Positions 1-9,181 of a DNA stretch of 64,000 nucleotides are shown here, piece by piece. The stretch is from a bacterium. Lineage in GTDB: Bacteria; SAR324; NAC60-12. A model generated the notes under the pieces. It was not told where the DNA came from and did no database searches. It saw only the letters and a program-made list of their open reading frames with translations. The stretch spans positions 256,001 through 320,000 of the forward strand of contig CBDDTI010000746.1 in the NCBI GenBank assembly GCA_965233585.1, given 5' to 3'. The first letter of the stretch is position 1, and the number at the start of each line of letters is the position of its first letter. Both the position numbers and the translations under genes were made by a program.

Positions 1-1
1 A

Positions 2-139
2 TTTGCCATCTATTCCATCGGAGACAGAGTCATCATAGAAAACAATGAGTTTTTTGGAAATGAACTCACACCTGATGCTCAACAAGAGATTTCATTTGAA
101 AGCATTTGGATTCGTGTCGCTCTTTTATTGAAGTTTTAA
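2..139 (+). CDS. 3' end of a CDS entering from the left edge, possibly an outer-membrane protein
   Basis: Frame 2 is open from the window edge and reads ...FESIWIRVALLLKF-stop; the terminal Phe resembles a beta-barrel signal. Confidence 0.5.
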   Translation, partial: FAIYSIGDRVIIENNEFFGNELTPDAQQEISFESIWIRVALLLKF

Positions 140-177
140 TCTAACGTTTCCATTTTTGAAGTGTGATGATTCGTTCT

Positions 178-1248
178 TTAAGACAAGGCAAGATGGTTAT
201 CCCATTGATGGATTTGCAAAAACAACCGATTCATCATGGAACTTGTTTGATTGAAAGAATGATATTTCAAGACATCACCAAACCCTGACGAGACTAAAAA
301 TTGCCCTTGATGACTCATCTTTGCAATGCCACAGGCATCAAGAACGTCAATAGTATCCATGAATTGATGGTCTTTGAAGATGACAACAAGATTGCCTCTG
401 GGGCAGGAAACTGCTGTGTAGTGTCCTGAAACATCGTATGTAACCGAGCCACAATAGCCTTTCATGGCTTTCAGAACTTTTGGAGTAATCTGCAAAGGCA
501 TCAGATTCTCTTGACTTGAATGATAAAAAACGAGTGGTGCAAGTGAAAGTGGATTGCTTTGATCTTGTGCAACAAGGGTGATTTGGTTTTGAAAATTGAC
601 ATCCAGATGCCTCAATGAAAGTTTTTGATATTTAGACCCAAGATGATACTCTCCTAAAATTTGACCTGATGCGAAGTCTAAATAAAGTAAACAAGAGTTC
701 ATGGTTTCAAGATTGAGTTTCTTGCGACCTTTGGTTAAAATTCCCCCAACTGCAATCGCTGCAATAGTGCCTCCATACAATAATTTGACCTCATGCAAGC
801 CAATTCCTATGTTTGAAAACTCTTGCACCACCTCATTCCTTGCTCCCAAATCCCGAATGGTCAAAACTCCTTGACCGTTGAGTGTGTTTTGCTCAGTTGT
901 CAAAAGATACCTCCCATCGTGTGAAAAAACTCCATGCCCAGACATGACACGATTGGCTGATGGCTTGACCCATTGTTGCGTCATAGTTTGGCGGTCAATC
1001 AAAGCGATGTATTTGCCCGGTCTCCTTCCAAAAATAGCAATCGTTTTTTGAGAGGAGGCAATACCATGTCCACGATGAAGCAATGGCACTGAAAACACCT
1101 CATGCCCTTGTTCGTCAAAGCCAACCGCTAGATGTTCCTCACCCAGCTTAGCAGAAGAAACAAACACAGCAGAAGGAGTAGAGGCAGAAAAAGCGTTGTA
1201 TGGAAGGAATGCCCAAGCTGAACCTGCCAGAAAATGACGGCGGTTCAT
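178..1248 (-). CDS. DUF1513-family Tat-exported beta-propeller protein
   Basis: N-terminal RRHFL Tat motif, RGHG/GHG/GLHE motifs and C-terminal WDNHL; last gene of the imelysin operon; start set at MNRRH. Confidence 0.85.
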   Translation of the reverse strand: MNRRHFLAGSAWAFLPYNAFSASTPSAVFVSSAKLGEEHLAVGFDEQGHEVFSVPLLHRGHGIASSQKTIAIFGRRPGKYIALIDRQTMTQQWVKPSANRVMSGHGVFSHDGRYLLTTEQNTLNGQGVLTIRDLGARNEVVQEFSNIGIGLHEVKLLYGGTIAAIAVGGILTKGRKKLNLETMNSCLLYLDFASGQILGEYHLGSKYQKLSLRHLDVNFQNQITLVAQDQSNPLSLAPLVFYHSSQENLMPLQITPKVLKAMKGYCGSVTYDVSGHYTAVSCPRGNLVVIFKDHQFMDTIDVLDACGIAKMSHQGQFLVSSGFGDVLKYHSFNQTSSMMNRLFLQIHQWDNHLALS

Positions 1249-1252
1249 CAAT

Positions 1253-2293
1253 TTAGTCACCATCTAACGCATTGAATCCAATCGGGATTTCAAGACTTTC
1301 TGTAAGTGCTTTGGCTGTCATTTGATACAAAAGTCTTGCCTCAAGATAAAGCACTTTCACTTTGGCACGTGTGTCAGATTGAGAGACTGCCTGACGAAGC
1401 GACGTGTCAAAACGATTGATTTGTTCCAAAGTCTTATCAAACTGTTGCAATAATTTTTGAAGACGTGCTTGACCTAGTTTTTCCTCAATGATGGGTGCAT
1501 AGATGGTTGCAACCACTTTTTTTTGTGTCTTCAAATTCTGTTCAAGCACTTCAAAAGAAATTTGAGACAATGGGAACTGCACATAAAACGGCTTGCCCTT
1601 CTTCTTTTTTGGTGCATACGCAAGCCCAATTTGCCGAGACGCTGCAAGGTCTAATGCAAATAAATTGGCTTTCATCATCTCTGCAATAGACACTTTGGAG
1701 GCTTCTTGGTTATTTTCTTCAACACTATTGAAGGCATCTTTGTAAAACGTCTGCCATGCTTCCTTTGTGTTCTTAGCATGAAACTGAAAAAAATATGCTT
1801 GAGACTGAAGAAGTTGACAGTGATATTGAGAATTTAAGATGTTTTGTGTCTCTTTGAAAAGAAGATATTCCATAGCACCCAAACCTTGCACGGGAGGCGT
1901 CTCTTGACCTTCTTTGACCTCTTGGAGAACGTCAGGATTTTTGTCATTCAAAATGGTTCGTAATTTGCGTTGAGTGAAGCCTTTTTTGTCAGGGAAGAAC
2001 TGCATTTTGGCATATCCATCAAGGTATTGGATCGGACCAAAATTGATGTGCTGGATTCTGCCCCACGAAAGCACCATGTGTTTAAATGACTCTTGCACTT
2101 GGAGTAAGCGCCTGACAAGTCGCTTTTGACAAAACTGATTGACATCTTGTGCAAAATCTTGGGTTTTGCTTGCAAAGCCTTCATAAAGAGGAATGATGTG
2201 CCGTTCTGCAAGTTGATTGGACAACTTCATATAATCAGGAGTAGCCCATGCGATTTGAACAGGTAGAAAGCATAACAAAATGAGTCTTTTCAT
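1253..2293 (-). CDS. Imelysin-family (peptidase M75-like) periplasmic protein
   Basis: FFPDKKG, QGLGAMEYLLF and C-terminal GFNALDGD motifs. Confidence 0.85.
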   Translation of the reverse strand: MKRLILLCFLPVQIAWATPDYMKLSNQLAERHIIPLYEGFASKTQDFAQDVNQFCQKRLVRRLLQVQESFKHMVLSWGRIQHINFGPIQYLDGYAKMQFFPDKKGFTQRKLRTILNDKNPDVLQEVKEGQETPPVQGLGAMEYLLFKETQNILNSQYHCQLLQSQAYFFQFHAKNTKEAWQTFYKDAFNSVEENNQEASKVSIAEMMKANLFALDLAASRQIGLAYAPKKKKGKPFYVQFPLSQISFEVLEQNLKTQKKVVATIYAPIIEEKLGQARLQKLLQQFDKTLEQINRFDTSLRQAVSQSDTRAKVKVLYLEARLLYQMTAKALTESLEIPIGFNALDGD

Positions 2294-2303
2294 AAACGAG
2301 TTT

Positions 2304-3596
2304 TTAATGGTTTTTGACTGAGTGTTTTGGATTGGAATCTCCCCCAGTTGCAGAGAGAAACTGAATCAATGCTTGACGCTTTTTTGCAGAAAGATTGACA
2401 AATGTACTTTGAGACATTTCTGCCTCTCCTCCATGCCAAAGGATCGCCTCCTCAATGGTTTCAGCACGACCATCATGGAGAAAACGTGCTTTGGGAAACA
2501 CTTTTTTGGCATCACCAATCCCCCAAAGTGGAGCAGTACGCCATTGGCTGCCGCTGGCTTGTCCATCAATCAAACCATCGTCCAGTTGGTCTCCCATGTC
2601 GTGCAACAGTAAATCAGTGTAAGGAAAAATAGTTTGATTGCCAATTTGATAGCTTGGCACATGGCATGAGGCACAGCCAATTTGATGAAAAAGGGCTTGA
2701 CCTTGTTTGTTTGTAACCACGTGCTTTGGGGGAACAAGTGCTTTGAGATACGCCACCATTGGCTTAAAAAGAATGCTTGGAACTTCTAAATTTTCCATCT
2801 CTGGCGTGTTGCCATGTGGTGCATTGAGACACGCTTGTTGCTTGGCAGTGCAGTCTCCGTATCCTGAAGTGAAGACAGGATTACTCAAACCCATGTCATG
2901 GTGCAACGCAAGTGCAGATTGGAAGGCAACAGTTGGAGCAGAGGCTTTCCAGTTAAAACGACCAATTGCATTGCCCACATAATGAATGACGCCACGCACC
3001 CCATCGTTAATTTGAGCTTGTTGTTCTGCATTGGCAATGATTTGAGCATCTGTGATTTTTTCAAGCCAGCCTAGCCCAATCAAAGGGGGACTGAGCCTTG
3101 CAGAAAGCACATAACGCCGAGATGGCTGACCATATCCCCACTTTTTGATGTGAAAAATCGGTTTTTTTAACACGACAGATTGCCCATCAGGATACTGGAA
3201 TGGAATCTTTTGCCAGCTGACTTTAATGCGAGCTTCCCCTGCAAGACCTTGCACCGCACGTGGTTGCAGTTGCTTGCCATATTTAGGCAAAGGATTGCCT
3301 TGATCATCAGCAATTTTGAGTAATGTAGAAACGTGCAATGTGCCTTGATTGGTTTCTACTGTACCTCTGCCATTGTGGCGGTGGCATTCTATGCAACTTC
3401 TGGCATGATACAAAGGACCAAGCCCATCAGCAGCAAAAGTACGAGTTGGAGAAGCCACCCAAATTCTCTCAAAAATTGCTTGACCAATCGCCGTTTGCAT
3501 AGACCGCTTTGGTAAAACTTTAAAGAGTTTTCTGTGAGGTTTAGAATGAGCAATGCTTGCTTGAAAGAAAAGAAGCACTGCTACAAACAGAGGCAT
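2304..3596 (-). CDS. Di-haem oxidoreductase family (DUF1111/DHOR) protein
   Basis: DGLGPLY, two CxxCH motifs (CIECH, CASCH), TDLLLHDMG, WRTAPLWG, LHDGRA. Confidence 0.9.
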   Translation of the reverse strand: MPLFVAVLLFFQASIAHSKPHRKLFKVLPKRSMQTAIGQAIFERIWVASPTRTFAADGLGPLYHARSCIECHRHNGRGTVETNQGTLHVSTLLKIADDQGNPLPKYGKQLQPRAVQGLAGEARIKVSWQKIPFQYPDGQSVVLKKPIFHIKKWGYGQPSRRYVLSARLSPPLIGLGWLEKITDAQIIANAEQQAQINDGVRGVIHYVGNAIGRFNWKASAPTVAFQSALALHHDMGLSNPVFTSGYGDCTAKQQACLNAPHGNTPEMENLEVPSILFKPMVAYLKALVPPKHVVTNKQGQALFHQIGCASCHVPSYQIGNQTIFPYTDLLLHDMGDQLDDGLIDGQASGSQWRTAPLWGIGDAKKVFPKARFLHDGRAETIEEAILWHGGEAEMSQSTFVNLSAKKRQALIQFLSATGGDSNPKHSVKNH

Positions 3597-4847
3597 TTAC
3601 TCAATGGCTGATGGATTATCAAGGCTATCAGACCCCTCTAGTTCTGGCATTTTTAGGTCTAAGGCAACAAAGGCTTTTTCAATGCTTTTGGTCTGTGCAA
3701 CCAGTGCATCAACAAAGGCTTGTATTTTGGCATTGCCTGATTTGTTACCTTTGGCAATGAGTTGATCGTATGCTTCACCACGTTCGGTGCTTGTGACCAA
3801 AACCTTGCCTTTAGCAACAGATTTGGAGAGCTGCGATTTTAATCTGTCTGCCAGTGTTTTGTTTTCGCTTTTAAGCATCTTATAAACGGAGGCACCAGAA
3901 ATCTCGCTCCCATCAACTCTTTGATATTTGCCCAAAAACACATTTTGGATTCCTCTGGCATCGTAGTAGTGGCTTCGTGCAGTATTGTCAGAAAAACAAT
4001 CGTGTTCTTCCTCTGGGTCGTGAAGGATCAAACCAAGTTTTGTGCGCTCGCCTGCCAATTCTCCATAAGATAGAGACCCCATGCCCACCAAAATGGCAGC
4101 AAGTCCTTCTTTGGGATTTTGGAACAATGTGGCTCTTGCATCTCCTTCGGGCTTCCACGCTCGGACAATGTCACGTAAATCTTTAATGAGCAAATCTGTC
4201 ACAGCTACTAAGTAATCCACACGGCGATCGCAGTTGCCTCCTGTGCAACCTTGACCAATGACAAAGTCAGTGAAAGGACGATTTCCCGCCCCTGCGTTAG
4301 TACCATTTAAATCCTGCCCCCAAAGCAAGAACTCAATCGCATGATAGCCTTTGGCGACGTTAGCTTCTACTTCATCTATTTCATGTAATTGCTCAAGTAA
4401 ATTGGCATCAATGACAGAGGCATCAATGTTTTGCCCCGCAATAGAGAGCTTTTTGTTGGCAATGATGTTTGCAGTGTAGTAAGGGTTGGTCTGGCTGTCT
4501 TGTCCATAAGAATTGTCCACGTAGTCAATCAAACCTTCATCAAGAGGCCAAGCATTGACTTTGCCCTCCCAATCATCAACGATGGCATTGCCAAAGCGAT
4601 AGACTTCTGATTGCTGATAGGGAACACGTGCGGCAATCCATGCTTGCTTGGCATCTTGAAAATTTTTAGCTGAGGGTTCAACCAAAAACTTGTCAATGGC
4701 AAGCCTCATCATTGATGCAGATTTGAGAGAGTCCTCATACTTAGCTTGTGCAATGTCTGCATAGTTAGTCAGAACATCTTCAACAGAAGATGCAAGGGCG
4801 GCTGATGATGCACCAAGAATTGTGAGTGCAGTCAAAGTTTTTTTCAT
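3597..4847 (-). CDS. Imelysin / iron-regulated protein A (IrpA/IcmP-like)
   Basis: Signal peptide, NAWPLDEGLIDYV, GYHAIEFLLWGQD, EEEHDCFSDNT. Confidence 0.92.
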   Translation of the reverse strand: MKKTLTALTILGASSAALASSVEDVLTNYADIAQAKYEDSLKSASMMRLAIDKFLVEPSAKNFQDAKQAWIAARVPYQQSEVYRFGNAIVDDWEGKVNAWPLDEGLIDYVDNSYGQDSQTNPYYTANIIANKKLSIAGQNIDASVIDANLLEQLHEIDEVEANVAKGYHAIEFLLWGQDLNGTNAGAGNRPFTDFVIGQGCTGGNCDRRVDYLVAVTDLLIKDLRDIVRAWKPEGDARATLFQNPKEGLAAILVGMGSLSYGELAGERTKLGLILHDPEEEHDCFSDNTARSHYYDARGIQNVFLGKYQRVDGSEISGASVYKMLKSENKTLADRLKSQLSKSVAKGKVLVTSTERGEAYDQLIAKGNKSGNAKIQAFVDALVAQTKSIEKAFVALDLKMPELEGSDSLDNPSAIE

Positions 4848-4886
4848 TGGATACTCCTTTTAGTTATAAGTGTGAAAAAAGGAGTC

Positions 4887-4915
4887 ATTCTAGCCTATGC
4901 AAATAAAAAACTCAA
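4887..4915 (-). promoter_or_regulatory. Putative sigma70 promoter for the imelysin operon
   Basis: Minus strand TTGAGT-N17-TAGAAT about 40 nt upstream of the ATG, which has an AAGGAG RBS. Confidence 0.5.
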
Positions 4916-4980
4916 GTCTTATATAAAAATAATGTTGCTCACTGTGAAATGATATAATAGTTTTTTGATGCCCTTTCTCT

Positions 4981-5195
4981 GTCATTGCTTACTCAAACCT
5001 GCAATCTCCTCTTTTTCATTGTGTTGACATTCTTTTTTTGAGATTCCGCATCAAGTGCGGAATGACGACTACTGTCATTCCTGCGAAAGCAGGAATCCAT
5101 GCCTTGTTTAGGGTAGATTCCGCATCAAGTGCGGAATGACGGTTTGCTTTTTTTCTCATTCCCCCGTCATGGCTCACCTTGATTTGCCAGCTCTC
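4981..5195. repeat. Cluster of REP/RPE-like palindromes
   Basis: AGATTCCGCATCAAGTGCGGAATGAC twice, GTCATTCCTGCGAAAGCAGGAATCC, and GTCATTGC...GCAATCTC-type units. Confidence 0.85.
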
Positions 5196-5287
5196 TTTTC
5201 AGACTTCTCACTCTTCTGAACTTTCTTTTTCCATTTTGCCTTTAAATTTGTTATGATTCTGGTTTTGGCATTCTCACTCGTGAACTG

Positions 5288-5854
5288 ATGGAAACCGCAT
5301 TACTTTTTGACACACTCAAGACCTCTAAACACTTGCAAGCCGCAGGCTTTGAACAAGAGCAAGCAGAGGCATTGACCGAAGAATTTAAATTTGTTGTAGA
5401 AAGCAACTTTGCAAAACTTTCTACCAAAGACCAAGTCTCTAGTTTAGAGACCAGCCTTAATGAACAACTGGAGCAAAAAGCTACCAAAGAGCAAGTTTCT
5501 TACTTGCAAGAACAGCTGGAACAAAAAGCCACCAAAGAACAGTTTGTTCACTTACAAGAACAACTGGATCAGAAAGCCACCAAAGAGCAAGTAGCTCATT
5601 TACAAGAGCAACTGGATCAGAAAGCGACTAAAGACCAAGTTTCTAATTTAGAAGCCAATCTTAATGAGAAAATGTCTCACTTGGAAACGAATCTTAATGA
5701 AAAAATGTCTCATTTGGAAACCAATCTTAATGAGAAGATTGACAATAAATTTAAATTGTTGTCATGGATGGTCGGTTTTGGCATTTCTTTAAACCTGATG
5801 ACACTTGGGGTGGTGTTAGCCTTTTTGTTTGCTTTTCTTTCTCCTACCAACTAA
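5288..5854 (+). CDS. DUF1640/CCDC90-like coiled-coil protein with C-terminal TM anchor (paralog 1)
   Basis: FDT...LQAAGFEQEQAEAL N-terminus, 16-aa KATKEQ and 11-aa LETNLNEKMSH tandem repeats, hydrophobic C-terminus. Confidence 0.75.
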   Translation: METALLFDTLKTSKHLQAAGFEQEQAEALTEEFKFVVESNFAKLSTKDQVSSLETSLNEQLEQKATKEQVSYLQEQLEQKATKEQFVHLQEQLDQKATKEQVAHLQEQLDQKATKDQVSNLEANLNEKMSHLETNLNEKMSHLETNLNEKIDNKFKLLSWMVGFGISLNLMTLGVVLAFLFAFLSPTN

Positions 5855-5963
5855 AAAACACACCTCACCTTCTCTTAAGACGTTGGCAAATTCATTAGAA
5901 TTTGATGCAGTCGTTTCTGTCAATCAAAAAAAGAAAGGTCGCAAGGAGGAAAGAAAAAAGAGA

Positions 5964-6659
5964 TTAGACACTTTTTGCATCTTTTCCCCAGATGACTTTA
6001 TGAAGTTGTGTTTGTAGCCTGACTTGTAAATGGTCGTCTAAAATCCATTTTGCTAAAAGTGCATGTTCTAAAACCTGATAAACAGGTGAGAACAGGATTT
6101 TTGTCCGTGTCTCTAGGGAGAATTGCTGGATAGTCCGCACAGCAAAGTCATAATCTTCACGATTGCCTATGACAAACTTGACTTCATCATCTTCTGTGAG
6201 ATAGTTTAGGTTTTTTAGCAAGTTCCGCTTTGTCATTTTTGAGGAGGGACATTTGATGTCAACGATTTTATGGACTCGGGTGTCTATTTTTTCAATGGGA
6301 CGATGCCCCCCTGTTTCTAGCAAAGTGGTCAGTCCTTGGTCACAAAGTAATTTTAGGAAGTCGTAAGAGGCAAGCTGGTCCAGTGGTTCGCCCCCTGTCA
6401 ATTCTACAAGTTGACATTGATGTGAATGAATCACTTGAAGAATTGCCTCAAATGACATCAAATCTCCTTTCCCAAACGCATAGTCAGTATCACACCATGA
6501 ACAACGAAGCGAACACCCCGAACACCTCACAAAAACGCATGGCAGTCCTGCAAATGAAGACTCCCCCTGAATGCTATAATAAATTTCTTGAATCCGAAGA
6601 GCATCAGTTTTTGATGATTCCGTTTTAAGTGCTTGAATCTTTGGTGATTGAGAACGCAT
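5964..6659 (-). CDS. queE: 7-carboxy-7-deazaguanine synthase (radical SAM)
   Basis: EIYYSIQGES, CSLRCSWCDT, LTGGEP, QTQLHK. Confidence 0.92.
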   Translation of the reverse strand: MRSQSPKIQALKTESSKTDALRIQEIYYSIQGESSFAGLPCVFVRCSGCSLRCSWCDTDYAFGKGDLMSFEAILQVIHSHQCQLVELTGGEPLDQLASYDFLKLLCDQGLTTLLETGGHRPIEKIDTRVHKIVDIKCPSSKMTKRNLLKNLNYLTEDDEVKFVIGNREDYDFAVRTIQQFSLETRTKILFSPVYQVLEHALLAKWILDDHLQVRLQTQLHKVIWGKDAKSV

Positions 6660-7947
6660 GGTTTTTTATTTAATCTTTTACAATCTGCTGATTCTGCCAG
6701 TTGTTTATTTGCTTTTGCATGTTTTGGGGTTGAAAAATTCTAAAATCCGAAGAGCCATCAAAGAACGTGAAGGCATTGGCAAGAGGTTCATGGCGGTCAA
6801 AGACAAAAGGGACTCTGCCAAGCCTTTGATTTGGTTTCATGTGGCAAGTGCGGGAGAGATGATGCAAGCACAACCTGTGATAGAACGATTTTTGCAAAAT
6901 CATTATGAATGCTTGCTAACTTTTTCATCACCGACTGGCAAGGATTGGATTAACCGCCTTCATTTGACCCAACATACAGGAGTTTTTTGTGACTACCTGC
7001 CTTGGGATTTTCTATGGTCTATGCACCGCCTTTTAAAACTCTTGTCTCCTTGTGCCATCGTGTCTGTGCATTCAGAACTGATGCCTAATTTGACATGGAT
7101 TGCCAAGTGGTTTCAAATTCCACAATTCTTGATTTCTGCGGTGTTGCGTCCTGATTCCCCGCGTGTGAAGTCATTGCCGATTCGTCATTTTTACCAAAAC
7201 TTGTATCAATGCCTTGCTGGAATCTTCACAGCATCACCAGCTGACCAACAACTGTTCTCTAAATTCTTACCTGAACATCAGCAGATTCAATATTTTGGAG
7301 AGACACGATTTGATGCAGTTCTTGACAGGAAAAGACGTCTTTCCAAACCTTTCATTCCCTTTTCCCTAGCAGACAAAGTTGTTTTTATTTTTGGCAGTTC
7401 GTGGCAACAAGATGAACAACACTACTTGCCTGCACTCAAAAAGATGTTAAGTCAACACGATGAGCTTTTTGCAATCATTGCCCCGCATGAAATAGATACA
7501 AATCACCTCGCACATCTTGAAGACACTTTGCAAGATTTTGGAGTGGTGCGTTTTTCTGATATGACCCCAGATGATGCCCCCCGTGTTTTATTGATTGACT
7601 GCATCGGCATTCTTTCAAGTTTATATCAAGTAGGGTCACTTGCATACGTTGGGGGTGGGTTTAGCACGGGTGTTCATAACATCATTGAACCTTGTGCTAT
7701 GGGATTACCTGTAATCTTTGGTCGGTTGTTCCAAAATTCTGCAGAAGCACGGAGCTTTGTCATGGAAGATTTTGCATGGAGCGTTGAAAATGAGCAACAA
7801 ATCCAAACTTTGTTTGAAAGGTTTTTGAGCCATCAACAAGAGCTTTCAAGGCTGGGAGCTAAGGCATTGGCAAGCGTTGAGGTTTTAAGCGGAGCGTCGC
7901 AGTCGTGTTTTGAAGAAATTCACAACTCTCTTACTCTGCATCTTTGA
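6658..7947 (+). CDS. waaA: 3-deoxy-D-manno-octulosonic acid transferase
   Basis: WFHVASAGE, YLPWD, GETRFD, AYVGGGF...HNIIEP. Confidence 0.88.
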   Translation: MVFYLIFYNLLILPVVYLLLHVLGLKNSKIRRAIKEREGIGKRFMAVKDKRDSAKPLIWFHVASAGEMMQAQPVIERFLQNHYECLLTFSSPTGKDWINRLHLTQHTGVFCDYLPWDFLWSMHRLLKLLSPCAIVSVHSELMPNLTWIAKWFQIPQFLISAVLRPDSPRVKSLPIRHFYQNLYQCLAGIFTASPADQQLFSKFLPEHQQIQYFGETRFDAVLDRKRRLSKPFIPFSLADKVVFIFGSSWQQDEQHYLPALKKMLSQHDELFAIIAPHEIDTNHLAHLEDTLQDFGVVRFSDMTPDDAPRVLLIDCIGILSSLYQVGSLAYVGGGFSTGVHNIIEPCAMGLPVIFGRLFQNSAEARSFVMEDFAWSVENEQQIQTLFERFLSHQQELSRLGAKALASVEVLSGASQSCFEEIHNSLTLHL

Positions 7948-9181
7948 GACATCTGAATCCAACCAAAAAAGAGCGAGTCCATTCTGCTAATGCTTCATGC
8001 TCACCCAGTTTTAGAAGATTTTTATTCAATTTACCTCCCCATGCCCCACCTTTTACCATACGCAAGGGATAATCTTGTTTTTGAGAGACTTGTCCTGTTG
8101 TCCACTCTGCAACATTTCCAAACATGTCAAAAATCCCCCAAGCATTTGGTTCTTTAGTGCCAACAGGTTGAGCCTCCCAAACTTGGTCTTTTGGAGACCA
8201 TGCCTGTTTTTGAAGCGATTCTTCTGTCAAATCTTTCAAAGTCCCTGCACTGGCGGCATAAATCCATTCTTGTTCTGTTGGCAGACGCTTGCTTGCCCAT
8301 TGACAATACTGCTTGGCATCATCAAAACTGACATACACCACAGGGGCATCTGCATTGTTTGACTCAAATTGACCTGTTCCTTTTTGACATTCTGTACATT
8401 TTTGGAACGCCTTTACTGTCACTTCTGTTTGGTCAATCCAAAAGTGCTGTCCTGATTCACGCCTAATCAAGACCATGTTTTCAGTTTTCAAAGACTCTGG
8501 AGTTTCTGGGGTCAACTCTGGTGCAAGGTCTTCTTCAAGCAAAGGTGGGACAGCTGTCTTGGATTTGGGTACTGTTTCTTGAAATGGTGAGATGGCAACA
8601 TCTAGCGTTTGCAAGTCATTGGAAGTAGCAATTTGGGGTTTTGGTAACTTTTCAGCAGTCTTTTGTTTTTCTGCAAAATCCCAATGGTATGTCTGATGCC
8701 AAGCTTGTTGAGAGATCAAAGCATTGTAAAGTTCTACCTTGACTTGTAGCTTGTCTGCCTCTTCTTGAGTGATAGACATAGCCACCACCAACTCTGCCCC
8801 AATGATACCTGAAATGTTAAGCCATAACTCTGGAGGTGAAGAATCTGGGAAGGCAAGCGTCCATTCTTCGTAAGCCATTGCGACATCATCAAAAGGAATC
8901 ACTTGTTCAGGAAACGTCTTTTGCAGTGCCTCTGTCAATGTACTTTGCAACGTGAATTGTTTTTTGGGGATTGCATCTTTCAGGTCTTGGAAAGAGACCT
9001 CAACGATGGCTATCGTTCCTTGAGATTCCGGGGAGTCTTTGATGATGTTGGCAAGGTCTCCTATGACTGATGTCCATTGCTTTTGAGTGAGTTTTTCAAG
9101 AATGGCTTCAGCTTGGACTGGTATAGCCAGAAAGAAAAGAAGGATTAGACAGACAAAGATTTTTTGAGTCGGGATAGGCAT
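7931..9181 (-). CDS. Secreted protein with C-terminal FGE-sulfatase (SUMF1-like) domain
   Basis: Signal peptide; EVT, KRLPTEQEW, PNAWGIFDMFGNVAEW, GFRC motifs. Confidence 0.8.
   Translation of the reverse strand: MPIPTQKIFVCLILLFFLAIPVQAEAILEKLTQKQWTSVIGDLANIIKDSPESQGTIAIVEVSFQDLKDAIPKKQFTLQSTLTEALQKTFPEQVIPFDDVAMAYEEWTLAFPDSSPPELWLNISGIIGAELVVAMSITQEEADKLQVKVELYNALISQQAWHQTYHWDFAEKQKTAEKLPKPQIATSNDLQTLDVAISPFQETVPKSKTAVPPLLEEDLAPELTPETPESLKTENMVLIRRESGQHFWIDQTEVTVKAFQKCTECQKGTGQFESNNADAPVVYVSFDDAKQYCQWASKRLPTEQEWIYAASAGTLKDLTEESLQKQAWSPKDQVWEAQPVGTKEPNAWGIFDMFGNVAEWTTGQVSQKQDYPLRMVKGGAWGGKLNKNLLKLGEHEALAEWTRSFLVGFRCLKDAE

Noticed and set aside
4860..4960. Fur box upstream of the imelysin operon
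   Set aside because: It would be expected functionally, but no convincing match to the consensus was seen.
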